64,000 nt of DNA from contig OZ024740.1 in NCBI GenBank assembly GCA_964016885.1, positions 92,132,001-92,196,000 on the forward strand, given 5' to 3'. The translations under genes were made by a program, and so were the position numbers. Positions 49,150 through 64,000 of the stretch are shown here, piece by piece; position 1 is the stretch's first letter; every line of letters starts with the position of its first letter. The stretch is from Eledone cirrhosa. Its lineage: Eukaryota. The notes under the pieces are model-generated. The model ran no database searches and was not told where the DNA came from. It saw only the letters and a list, made by a program, of their open reading frames with translations.

Positions 49150-49239
49150 GTGAACTAACTGTTGTGTTACAACTTCCACCTAACTCGTCCCTTGGACTGA
49201 CCACTCTACTACTACGGATATTACCTTCCAGTGTTCCAC

Positions 49240-49282
<43 letters not shown>

Positions 49283-49304
49283 TTTATATATATATATAAT
49301 ATAT

Positions 49305-50393
49305 GTAGTAATAAACAGAGTAAATCGTGTGTTTAAAAACACGAGGGTTGAAAACCACGTTTGTTTGAAATATTTAACCCTGAAACAGACAGAAAATTAT
49401 ACAGACCGCCTCAATAACTATTACATCTCCCGGATAGATTAGGGTTTAATCTGTTTCGCCCTGAGAGTGTTTGTAACATATAATCCATGGGCTTCATCAG
49501 CGAGAGAATCATATTAAATGCGACAAACACTTAATGCTAACGTTCACACGAATCAATAAATACTTCACCTCGTGCGCCGTAAGTCAAAAGTGGCGTGATA
49601 GGGTTTGGCTAGAAATAATAGCCTAATACACACAACTTATAAGCTCACCTAGGAAGGGAGCCGAAATATAAATAAAAGGTAGAGTTAGTAACTCATACTG
49701 AAACCCTGCAATTAACAAGCCCAAAGTATAAATACTGAGCTTTATAATAATAATATATATAGTAATAAACACATTAAATCGTGTGTTTAAAAATACGAGG
49801 GTTGAAAACCACGTTCGTTTGAAATATTTAACCATGAAATAGACAGAAAATTATACAGACCGCATCAATAACTAGTACAACTCCCAACCAGATTAGGGAT
49901 TAATCTGTTTCGCTCTGAGTGTGTTTGTAACAGATAATCATTGGGTATCATCAGCGAGAGAATCAGATTAAATGCGACAAAACAGTTAATGCTAACATTC
50001 ACACGAATGAATAAATACTTCACCTCGTGCGCCGTAAGTCAAAAGTGGCGTGATAGGGTTTGGCTAGAAATAATAGCCCAATACACACAACTTATAAGTT
50101 CACCTAGGAAGGGAGCCGAAATATAAAGAAAAGGTAGAGTTAGTAAATCATACTGAAGCCTTGCAATTAACAAGCTCAAAGTATAAATACTGAGCATTAT
50201 TATAATTATTATTATTATAATTGTTCCTACTATTGGCACAAGGCCAGCAATTACTCAGTACATTGCTGGTACTTTATTTTATCGACCCCGTAAGGAAGAA
50301 AGGCAAAGTATTATTTTTATAATGGTCAGTATTTATAATTTGAGCTTGTTAATTGAAGGGTTTCAGTATGAGTTAATAACTCTACCTTTTATT

Positions 50394-50397
<4 letters not shown>
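49305..50397. mobile_element. Retrozyme-like dimer (2 x ~455 bp, sense -), SINE fragment (50220-50310) and short inverted arm; HHRs 49427-49506 and 49881-49960 (-)
   Basis: ctctcg-CTGATGA-a gccc..gggc-GAAA-cagatta..taatct-aTC-cgggag. Confidence 0.82.
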
Positions 50398-50444
<47 letters not shown>

Positions 50445-51969
50445 CAGTGTGAGAGAAACAGAAAAGGGGAAGTAACTTAGCATATAACAAGGGAAACAGT
50501 AAATTTCAGTTGTGATCAGTTTAATGTTAGATATAGTCGAATAAAAGCGTTATAGCATTCTGAGCGTGCAGTTTTATGACTACAAAAGAGATAATTTAGA
50601 GTGATGGTTTACATTTATGTATATCAACATGTATCGTTGTGATAACATGAAGATTATCCTTAGTTTCCCCTATTTTCTGTTCTATTCATTCATTAATCTG
50701 AATAATATAAACTGTTTAAACCTTTTTGATGAATTCAAAGAAACAATTCATCTTCGTATCACCTGGTTTCATAATATTTTTATGAGATTAATAGATGTTC
50801 CGATGATTAAATGCTATGAATGAGATTCATTTGAATTATATCATGTTCTATTATCTCTTTTTCACAAAAACTCTAAACATAATTGTAGGTTTTGTCATCA
50901 TCAATAAGAATATCTTCGAATTAATTTGGTCTCTTTTTAGTGATAGGAATCAGACGCATTCAGCAATTATCAAATATATTTTCAAACTGATTTGTTGATT
51001 TTATCGCTTATCGCTTATCCCATACTGTTTCATCCTTCCCACATGCAAAGTTTTTTTTATTTTTAGAATATATTTTGTATAAATATAATCTCGCAATCTG
51101 ACTTTTTGATAATTTTTAACATTTCTATTATATAGAGCAATTTGTTTTCTTCTTGATATCGCAGTAAATCATTACCTTGCTGTATCTGTTATATCTGGAT
51201 CACAAAATTGTTATTCATTTATTAGCAGTTCGTCACTCCAGAGACGCAATTAAATATATTTCATATATTACCTAAGATATAACCAGCATACGCTAGTAAC
51301 AAACATATGCAGACACCACTTCATCATAATACATTTCAGCATTCAGTTGTAAATTGCGTAAATGTTTGGAATATTCAATACGTAGTTTTAAATTCTCTGA
51401 AATGTCAAATAGCAGAAAGTTAGAAATATTATTCCATCCAGGGAACAACCGAGCATGAAATACGTTCTTTTTCAAATATCATGTCATTATAATATACCAA
51501 CTGATATGTGAACGTGGAAATCACTATGTACATATTGATATGTGTATGTACCGGCTTGAAATCATTTGTTATATTTAGGTCAATTTCCAAGCTGAAACTT
51601 TGAAGTCGCTGTCATCTTTTTACATAAAGATTATAATTTACAATCACAGCTCAACCATTTAATATTTGAATGATTTAAATAATACTGTGTTATAAAACAC
51701 ATGATCTAATATAATCTATATCATTATTTGCTAATCACTCTTTTAGGTGCCATAGGTATTCTCTTGATTCACACGCATTTGTCAAAGATTACCTTCTCGT
51801 GTTAGTATCAAAGAACCGAGGAAAATATTTCTGGATTATACAAATATAATACAGTTGTATAGGCAGAAATCTATCCACCAATCTATGTCAGCTAATCATA
51901 TGAAATAAATCATATACCATCAATATTGAAAAGGCCACATAACTTTGCAAAATGTTCCAGTCTGAGGTA

Positions 51970-52052
51970 TCTCCTGATGATTTCCAAGCCTCGTGGATAG
52001 ATCCAACACCGGGTATATAAAAAAAGTGGAACGAAATCGCCGGTGGTCGGGA
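51970..52052 (+). ncRNA. Orphan hammerhead
   Basis: tctc-CTGATGA-t ttcca..tggaa c-GAAA-tcgccggtgg-TC-ggga. Confidence 0.65.
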
Positions 52053-52852
52053 CTAGAGGTATTTTGGTAAAGTTTATGTGCCTTTTTTCTTCAAACTCCT
52101 ATTTTGTACCTAATTCCGTGTAGTTTGTTATTTGTCTAGTAAATTTCTACAGGCTAAAATAATTAATTAGATACATGTCATATGGCTGTACATTGCGGAA
52201 TATAGTCTGTATCATTTGTCTATTATCTATTCATAATTACATTTTAAACTAATAGTCTTATGTGGTTGATTTATACGGACTAGGAGAGGAAATACTGTAT
52301 ATATTTTATCTAATAGTTCTTCAGACTTGCAATTTTATATATATATATATATATATATATCTTGTGATCTCTGTATTACGGAAGCATATTACATAACCCT
52401 ATCACGACCGCTACTGATTAACGATAGAACGGAGGTAACCATTAGCTGTCAACGTCGAAGGGCTAATTCCTTCGCCAATAGAATTGTTGAACCCAACTTA
52501 GTCATGTAGCCCCATTTTAACTTGTAGCTAATAAGTTAAATTGCTATGAACAACTCGATAATTATAAGTTACCTCCCCTACATTGTCTCTCAATTAAAAA
52601 AATTTAAAAATTAGCACTTAACTATAAACACCCACAATTTTTAATCTCTCGAGAAGTTACTTCCCCTGAAACCTCCCTCTGATTAGTAAGATAAATATGC
52701 CATTTGGCAGCCACCGTGTTAGCCATAGGCAGATCTCACACAATGCAGCCTCGAAGGATGAATACTGCTTGATTATGGCTGACAACTGATGCAACCAAGC
52801 CACCATAGTAAAAACCAATATATGGAACATTATATTATGTAACATTATCCCA

Positions 52853-53030
52853 TTATTTATCGGTAGAGGGTCGGACGCCATGCTTTCCAGCATAGTTACG
52901 CCCCTTTACGATCTGAGTTCAAATCCCGCCGAGGGTGACTTTGCCTTTCATCCTTACGGGGTCTATAAAATAAAGTACCAGTAATGCACTGGGTAATTGC
53001 TGGCCTTGTGCCTAAAGTAGAAACAATTAT
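52853..53030 (+). mobile_element. tRNA-derived SINE
   Basis: Homologous to 21858-22045. Confidence 0.85.
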
Positions 53031-53297
53031 TTTAATTGATATTCCTTTGAAGTTCCGATGAGACACTCTGTTTTTTAAATATGTTAATTATTTTCAACTG
53101 AACCAGATCAATTATGATATATAGTCATCTGATCCAGAAATATTATATGGAGTTGCGAAACAATTGTAAACGGACATTATTATTATTAATATTATTATTA
53201 TTATTCTCTACATTCCTTACATCAAACTAAAATATGTTGACAATCTTTTAATAATGTCTTCCTTGTGAAATGTTGTGGTCGTGTTTTGATTAACTGA

Positions 53298-53387
<90 letters not shown>

Positions 53388-53392
<5 letters not shown>

Positions 53393-53568
53393 GTAACAGA
53401 TTAAAGTTTAAGCAAATAATCGTTTAGGGTTAAAACAGCGATTCTTTGCTTAAACTTTAATCTGTTATTTTAATAAATATTTGCTCTACGGGTCTTATAT
53501 ATTTTATATATATTTATACTTATCCAGGCATCTTTGGATTTTTGTCTTCAAATTTATTATTATTACTA
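53388..53568. mobile_element. Family A minimal tail-out palindrome
   Basis: aacagattaaagtttaagcaaa / tttgcttaaactttaatctgtt plus family A 3' extension. Confidence 0.8.
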
Positions 53569-53609
53569 TATATATATGCATATATATATATATATACATA
53601 TATATATAA

Positions 53610-54055
53610 CGAATGAAGTGTGGTAAGGAACCAGATGGGCCATAACGTACCAGAGTACTCGATACTTAGGGTAGTAGAGTGGGTAATAGGAAAATGTGTA
53701 ACCCCGACCGCAGAGCTCAAGCCGTTTCGACTACTATTTCTGGACTAAATTAGAATGTATAGCGTGTTAATAAATAGCCAAACTTTTCAAGGGGTAATTC
53801 CTTATGTGGGAAGATTGTAGTTGTCAAAATTATTAGTCTAAATTTCTTGTAAACACAGGGATATGACGAGGTACGGACGGAAAGTGTTGTACTGCGGAGG
53901 TAGGAGCCAGAATCCGAAGGAAGTGGGGTAAGGAACCAGGTGAACCATAACACACCAGAGTACTCAATACTTAGGTTAGTAGAGTGGGTAATAGGAAAAT
54001 AGTACTCTGGTGCGCTATGGTCCATCTGGTTCCTTACCACACTGCCTTCGTTATC
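53610..54055. mobile_element. Partial tandem (~307 bp) + inverted element; HHR 53701-53795 (-)
   Basis: acccc-TTGAAAA-g..gctattt..aaatagt..c-GAAA-cggcttgagctctgcgg-TC-ggggt; related to 62103-62278. Confidence 0.65.
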
Positions 54056-54328
54056 TAGCTCGAGATTCTAAACACAGGTACTCATGTTATCCCTCTTTTC
54101 TGAATCAGTTTCGGCGTACGTCCATGAATTGATGCAGAAGTCCTAATAAAAAGTAAAGTCGCCTTGGGTGAATAGGCAAATCATTTTCTATTACGAATTT
54201 TTAAAAGCATGTAATTGCGTTCCCTCTCTTTTTTTTGTTGTTTTTGCTGCTATCGAGCCACGTGAAATAAATACGTTTGTTTATATTTTGTTATTGTGTA
54301 TGCAAATATGTCTGTACACAAATATATG

Positions 54329-54385
<57 letters not shown>

Positions 54386-54389
<4 letters not shown>

Positions 54390-56362
54390 GAGGTGAGTTT
54401 TATTGTAGTACAATAAAGCAATGCAGATATCGGATAAGAAGCACTCTACAGTTTGTAGGACTGGAGTATACATAATATAAGATCAAAAGATGGTTAAAGG
54501 AGTTCCATGTATTTTATTATGCGCATTTCAAAAACAAACATCATCATGCAATAATATTTGTGTTTTCATCAGATAAAACAGGAGAACATGATATGACGGC
54601 TAAAAAACACTTGTGGATAATGCAGTTTTAAATCAACATATGAAAAGTGGTTTTAGATTGATGTGTGATATTGTGAAAAATATTTTATTTAGAGAGGGGG
54701 GGGTGGAAAGGATGAAAAAGGGGAGGAGATGAGAGTGAAGGTGGAGAGGGAGCGGGCTCCACTTCCACCTCTTTTAAAGCTCGTCTCTATAATCACCATT
54801 CATCTTTTAAATACAAATTTAAAAGAACCAACACGGCTCTCTCAGAACTCATATGGTCCTTGAAAGACAAAAACATTAAATATACCATCTTTTGGAAGAA
54901 GGTTTCTTCTGCATCCTCATACTTGAACAGCTCTCTATCTAAAATCTGTAATCTCTGCCTAAATGAAAAATTTACCATTATCTCTAATCTAGATTCTATA
55001 ATAAATAGACGTACAGATTTGTTTTCTATCTGCCTGCATAAATTCCATAGGACTTTTCACAAAGTATACAGCTAATATTCAATTCTTTATCAATTTAGAA
55101 TATTTTCTCAAAGGCACATATACATACACCTCTTTAAAATATACCCATCTTCCTACCTTACTTCAAAGGGCATTATACATTCTATAATACTTGTTTACTC
55201 ATTACCCTCATTCTATCTTCACCTTGTAAAATCCTTCATAACATATACATTTGTTTTTTTTGACGTTAGAATATTCATCCGCAATTATTATTATTTTTTC
55301 TCTCTATCATAAAACTTTTTAATCTCAATTTCATCCTTAATTTATTATTTTTTCTCCCCATCAACGAACTCATTCTTAATACATATTAACTCTTTCTTCG
55401 CACATATTATCAACTCCTTCAATATACAAACCTTAACTTCACATTATTTTTCTTAAATCATCTAATACACAAACCTTAATAATTTTTAAATACATATTAA
55501 CTCTTTCTTCGCACATATTATCAATTCCTTCAATATACAAACTTTAACTTCACATTATCTTTCTCAAATCCTTCTACACACAAACCTTAATAATTTTTTC
55601 TCTTCATTAATTTTGAAATTGCCACAATACTTATCAACATACACCTTTTTGACGTTAGAATATTCATCCGCAATTATTATTTTTTCTCTCTATCTTCATA
55701 CATAAACTCCCTTTCTTTCCTCGTACATATTTTTCCCTTCGTTAATTTTCAAATTCTTTTAATTTATACATTATCTTCCAACGGTTCTCAACCTCTCTAT
55801 GTAAAACAATATACCTTTTCTCAGTTATAAAAACTATCGCTTTCTCTCTATCACCCATCTCTCCCTCTCCACCTTCACTCTCATCTCCTCCCCTTTTTTC
55901 ATCCTTTCCAGCCCCCCTCCCTAAATAAAATATTTTTTCCTCGTACATATTTTTCCCTTCGTTAATTTTCAAATTCTTTTAATTTATACATTATCTTCCA
56001 ACGGTTTTCAACCTCTCTATGTAAAACAATATATCTTCTCTCAGTTATAAAAACTATCTCTTTCTCTCTATCACCCATCTCTCCCTCTCCACCTTCACTC
56101 TCATCTCCTCCCCGTTTTCATCCTTTCCACCACCACCCCTCTCTAAATAAAATATTTTTCCCAATATCACACATCAATCTAAAACCACTTTTCATATGTT
56201 GATTTAAAACTGCACTATCCACAAGTGTTTTTTAGCCTTCATATCATGTTCTCCTGTTTTATCTGATGAAAACACAAATATTATTGCATGCTGAAGTTTG
56301 TTTTTGAAATGCGCATAATAAAATACATGGAACTCATTTAAGCATCTTTTGATCTTATATTA
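54386..56362. mobile_element. PLE family G, tail-out inverted copy; HHRs 54510-54579 (-) and 56256-56324 (+)
   Basis: 54470-54750 mirrors 56080-56362; internal ~118 and ~220 bp tandem duplications. Confidence 0.88.
54770..55075 (+). pseudogene. GIY-YIG endonuclease C-terminal remnant
   Basis: FKARLYNHHSSF..TALSELIWSLKDK..WKKV..CNLCLNEKFTI..INRRTDL..CLHK. Confidence 0.85.
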
Positions 56363-56379
56363 TATATATATATATATTT

Positions 56380-58299
56380 CGTTTCTGAATTTGTTTAGCA
56401 AGATTCTTTATCTGAAATCGTGTGTTGAAACCGATATTGTTATACTTTGGGAGGGTCATCTTGCCAATGAGAAACACACGCACCAGAGGCTTTCACTTCA
56501 ATTTATTATAATAAATTTATAATAAATTTATAAATTTATAAATGTCTGGTTGGTTGGTTGGTTCCACAACCAGATAGTTGTTTATATATAGTCATAGTTC
56601 TTTCGTCACACACTCTGTGACCTCTTCAGTGACTGGGGATTCCTTTCTTTGTTTCTGTGCCTCTCCTTTGTTCTGTCCTACGTCATTTTGTTTCTGTGTG
56701 TGTGTTGTGAGCTCAGTCTGCGCATGCGCCACCTCCGGGTGTCTGTGTGTGTTTATGTTCATTTATTTATTTGTTTATTTACATTTTACTGGTTGGTTGT
56801 TTGTTCTATGTGTGTGTGTGTTTTCATTTTGTCCTTAATTGTTAGTTGTGATGTTGCTGTTCCACTCATATTTTCTATTTAATTTAGGTTGTAATTCTTT
56901 TATGTTTACTGTCTCTGTAATTTGTCTAAACATTGCGTCTTTTCTGTGTGTAGATTCTATTTTTATATCTATGTTCTCTAATTTACCCTTGTGTTATATT
57001 TTAGCATGTTGGTACAGTACAGATGATTCTTCACTATCTTGAAGGTCTCGCCAGTGTTCATTTATCCGTTCCCCTACAATACGAGCTGTCTCAGCTATAT
57101 ACACTATATTTTTGTCTCTACATTGTCCTTCAGTACATCGTATGCTATACACTACATTTCTAGTTTTACAGTTAATATGGGGGCTTATTTTACAGGTTAT
57201 ACATTTCTTATCTATACATGAGGGTTTTTGAAAAGGGTATGTCTTGCTAATAAGTGTTTTTACGGAGGTAAAGTGTTTTTACGGAGGTACCTGGTCTTTC
57301 TACTATTTTAATATTGAGTTTATGTTTATTTAGGGCCCTTCTAAATTTGTAAGCTAATTCACCTCTAGTGGTTGTATCGATGAACAGCCCCTAGAGGTGA
57401 ATTAGCTTACAAATTTAGAAGGGCCCTAAATAAACATAAACTCAATATTAAGATAATAGAAAGACCAGGTCCCTCCGTAAAAACACTTATTAGCAAGACA
57501 TACCCTTTTCAAAGACCCTCATGTATAGATAAGAAATGTATAACCTGTAAAATAAGCCCCCATATTAACTGTAAAACTAGAAATGTAGTATATAGCATAA
57601 GATGTACTGAAGGACAATGTAGAGACAAAAAATATAGTGTACATAGGTGAGACAGCTCGTAGTGTTGGGGAACGGATAAAGGAACACTGGCGAGACCTTC
57701 AAGATAGTACAGATGATTCTGTACTCTACCAACATGCTAAAATAGAACACAATGGTAAATTAGAGAACATTGAAATAAAAATAGAATCTACACACAGAAA
57801 AAACGCAATGTTTAGACAAATTACAGAGGCAATAAACATAAAAGAATTACAACCAAAATTAAATAGAAAATATGAGTGGAACAGCAACATCACAACTTAA
57901 AATTAAAGACAAAATGAAAACACACACACGCATAGAACAAACAACCAACCAGTAACATGTAAATAAACAAATAAATAAATGAATATAAACACACACAGAC
58001 ACCCGGACGTGGCACATGCGCAGATTCAGCACACAACACACACACATAAACAAAATGGCGTAGGACAGAACAAAGGAGAGGCACAGAAACAAAGAAAGGA
58101 ATCCCCAGTCACTGAAGAGGTCACAGAGTGTGTGACGAAAGAACTATGACTATATATAAACAACTATCTGGTTGTGGAACCAACCAACCAACCATAAATT
58201 TATAAATTTATAAATTTATTATGAATTTATTATAATAAATTGAAGTGAAAGCCTCTGGTGCGTGTGTTTCTCATTGGCAACATGACCCTCCCAGAGTAT

Positions 58300-58304
<5 letters not shown>
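56380..58304. mobile_element. Second head-to-head inverted PLE of the 6658-10045 family (endonuclease part only); HHRs 56590-56634 (-), 58107-58151 (+)
   Basis: Centre ~57385; YIGETARSVGERIKEH..LNRKYEW at 57637-57900; same termini as 6658/10045. Confidence 0.93.
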
Positions 58305-58383
<79 letters not shown>

Positions 58384-58434
58384 GAATATATGTATATATA
58401 TGTATATATATATATATGTGTATATATATATATA

Positions 58435-59387
<953 letters not shown>

Positions 59388-59520
59388 GTATATATATATA
59401 TATGTATATATATGTATATATATATATATGTATATATATGTATATATATATATATGTATATATATGTATATATATATATATGTATATATATGTATATATA
59501 TATATATCTATATATATGTG

Positions 59521-59550
<30 letters not shown>

Positions 59551-59551
<1 letters not shown>

Positions 59552-60630
59552 GTGTTCCTTCACGCACAAGGCGCTAAGGGACGCATGTATTGTCCAACCA
59601 ATGTGGTTCAATGGCAGGTTAATAAATTAACGAGCCAGAACATATATAAACAAGGTTTAGCAAATAAAGAAAAAGTTTCTAAATAAATCAAAAAAAATTG
59701 ACTTTACCTACTATAGTTACCTTTACCGATCGGTTTCGAATCCCAAAAATAAACGGAGGCCATTCGGCCTTAGTTGCAAAGAAAGATTCTCGTCAGAAGG
59801 TTCTTTTCATTCGAAGAATATAAAATTCTTGAATTTAAATTACGAACTAGCGCTATCCAAAACTGTTCCCGAGATGGGAGTGAATGAAGTGGATTCAATT
59901 ATTTCAAGGGCCGAAGTAAAGATAGAGGCAGAGGGAGTTAGGTCAACCGGCCGCAACTATCACTAGCAGCAGTCGGAACGACCAAATTTGCTTCTCAACA
60001 ATAGAGGAGAATAGTAATAATAGGATATGTGTTCCTTCACGCACAAGGCGCTAAGGGACGCATGTATTGTCCAACCAAATGCCAATGTGGTTCAATAGCA
60101 GGTTAATAAAGTAACGAGCCAGAACATATATAAACAAGGTTTAGCAAATAATGAAAAAGTTTCAAAATCAATTTTAAAAAATTGACTTTACCTACTATAG
60201 TTACCTTTACATGCGTCCCTTAGCGCCTTGTGCGTGAAGGAACACATATCCAATTATTACTATTCTCCTCTATTGTTGAGAAGCAAATTTGGTCGTTCCG
60301 ACTGCTGCTAGTGATAGTTGCGGCCGGTTGACCTACCTCCCTCTGCTTCTATCTTTACTTCGGCCCTTGAAAAAATTGATTCCACTTCATTCACTCTCAT
60401 CTCGGGAACAGTTTTGGATAGCGCTAGTTCGTAATTTAAATTCACGATTTTTATGTTCTTCGAATGAAAAGAACCTTTTGACGAGAATCTTTCTTTGCAA
60501 CGAAGGCCGTATGGCCTCCGTTTATTTTTGGGATTCGAAACCGATCGGTAAAGGTAACTATAGTAGGTAAAGTCAATTTTTTAAAATTTATTTTGAAACT
60601 TTTTCATTATTTGCTAAACCTTGTTTATAT
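59551..60630. mobile_element. Family H retrozyme-like unit (~480 bp), 1.4x tandem (-) + inverted arm; HHRs 59719-59801 (-), 60473-60555 (+)
   Basis: acctt-CTGACGA-gaatct..ggattc-GAAA-ccgatcgg-TA-aaggt. Confidence 0.88.
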
Positions 60631-60647
60631 ATGTATATATATGTATA

Positions 60648-60726
<79 letters not shown>

Positions 60727-60749
60727 GTATATATATGTATATATATATG

Positions 60750-61904
<1,155 letters not shown>

Positions 61905-61905
61905 A

Positions 61906-61967
<62 letters not shown>

Positions 61968-62016
61968 ATATATATATATAAATATATATATATGTATATA
62001 TATATATATAAATATA

Positions 62017-62102
<86 letters not shown>

Positions 62103-62398
62103 TAGGAACGAGTAGGACCCCTACGGCTGAGCTCAAGCCGTTTCGACGGCTAATTCCAGAATTAGCCGTCGAAACGGCTTGAGCTCAGCCGTCTGGGTCC
62201 TACTCGTTCCTATTACCCACTCTACTACCCTAAGTATTGAGTACTTTGGTGCGTTATGGTCCACCTGGTTCCTTACCATATTAAAATAACAGATTCAAGA
62301 TTAAGCGAAGATTCGCTGCTTTCATCCTAAATCGGATCTTCTGAGACTAAAAAAATCAATCCGTGAAAGCTTAAATAAATATTTCGAAAAACGTTACA
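62103..62398. mobile_element. Palindromic fragment of the 53610 family joined to a family A 3' end (62279-62398, -)
   Basis: gagctcaagccgtttcgacggctaattc-ca-gaattagccgtcgaaacggcttgagctc; then ttaaaataacagatt. Confidence 0.75.
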
Positions 62399-62706
62399 CA
62401 CTCTATATATATACACACACTATATATACATATATATACACACACACACAGATAGTTTCATAATGTCATAATGCAGACAACAGACATACAGACAGATATT
62501 ATTAGGGCACGACGTTGTAGCTATGTATCTATCTAAAAAGACATACTAAGAAAGACAGAGAGAGATCGCTAACCCTAGGGCGAGGAAAATACGAAATATA
62601 TTTTGCTCAAAAGACTCACACTACCATAAGTAATACATGTGTAAAGTTTGAAAAACATTGGTTGCGTGGATTTTGAGTTCTAGGGAATCAAACAGACAGA
62701 CATTCT

Positions 62707-63321
<615 letters not shown>

Positions 63322-63324
63322 AAG

Positions 63325-63525
63325 TTGAAAAAAATGAAAACGAAATTTCATTTCTCACTCTTAGTATGGCACTTACTTAAATGTAAGTATGTATGTATAC
63401 GTACATACATATATGTATACATACGTACAGGCTGTTCGGTTTGTTGACAAACAAACGAACAAAGCGGCGTTATAATAAACGTCGGCTAAACTGATGCGTG
63501 CATATATGTATGTGTACCTGTATGC

Positions 63526-63578
<53 letters not shown>

Positions 63579-63628
63579 TGCTACTGTACGTCTGTATACA
63601 TATATGTATGTATGTATACATACATACT

Positions 63629-63632
<4 letters not shown>
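63325..63632. mobile_element. Family C terminal fragments in inverted orientation
   Basis: Matches 25980-26080 and 16145-16200. Confidence 0.7.
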
Positions 63633-63684
<52 letters not shown>

Positions 63685-64000
63685 ATTATGAATACGAAGT
63701 AGCCTCCGAATCTCTCGAGTTTCAAGATCGTCAGACAAGACTATTAGTTTCAATAAAAGAGACAATATGAATATGGAAGGACTCAAGTGTTAGAGGAATG
63801 GTGGGTGGATAGGATTTTTGGAAGGTGTGTGTGAGGAGTTAGAGTAAGTTGTTTTGGAAATTGAAAGGCGAATAAAATGGAAACTGCAAGAGAGAAAAGA
63901 AATGGGTGTACAATGCATGTGTGATGATGATGATGATGAAACATATTTTTATAGATGTGTCGGGAGGAGAGGCACGCTATGATAAGAGAAGGAAAACACT

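Overview
AT-rich, repeat-saturated eukaryotic DNA with no recognisable host gene. The SINE type, RTE LINEs and huge (TA)n tracts suggest an octopod cephalopod (inference). Nearly all YIYI/CVCV ORFs are microsatellite artefacts. Real coding traces are decayed retroelements: Penelope-like elements (PLE; RT + GIY-YIG) of at least three types, a 5'-truncated RTE LINE, small RTE/RLE fragments, tRNA-derived SINEs, MITEs and a possible solo LTR. The main hidden signal is about 40 type-I hammerhead ribozyme (HHR) motifs, found by manual folding, from roughly 15 sequence families. They lie in PLE terminal repeats and in 0.3-0.6 kb non-coding, retrozyme-like units inserted in (TA)n as tandem and tail-out inverted arrays. 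Several families carry fixed non-canonical cores (U3-A8, U4A, U4C, U-U closing stem II). One array ends at the predicted self-cleavage site and another consists of two differently permuted full monomers. Coordinates and folds were read by eye; element edges are approximate.
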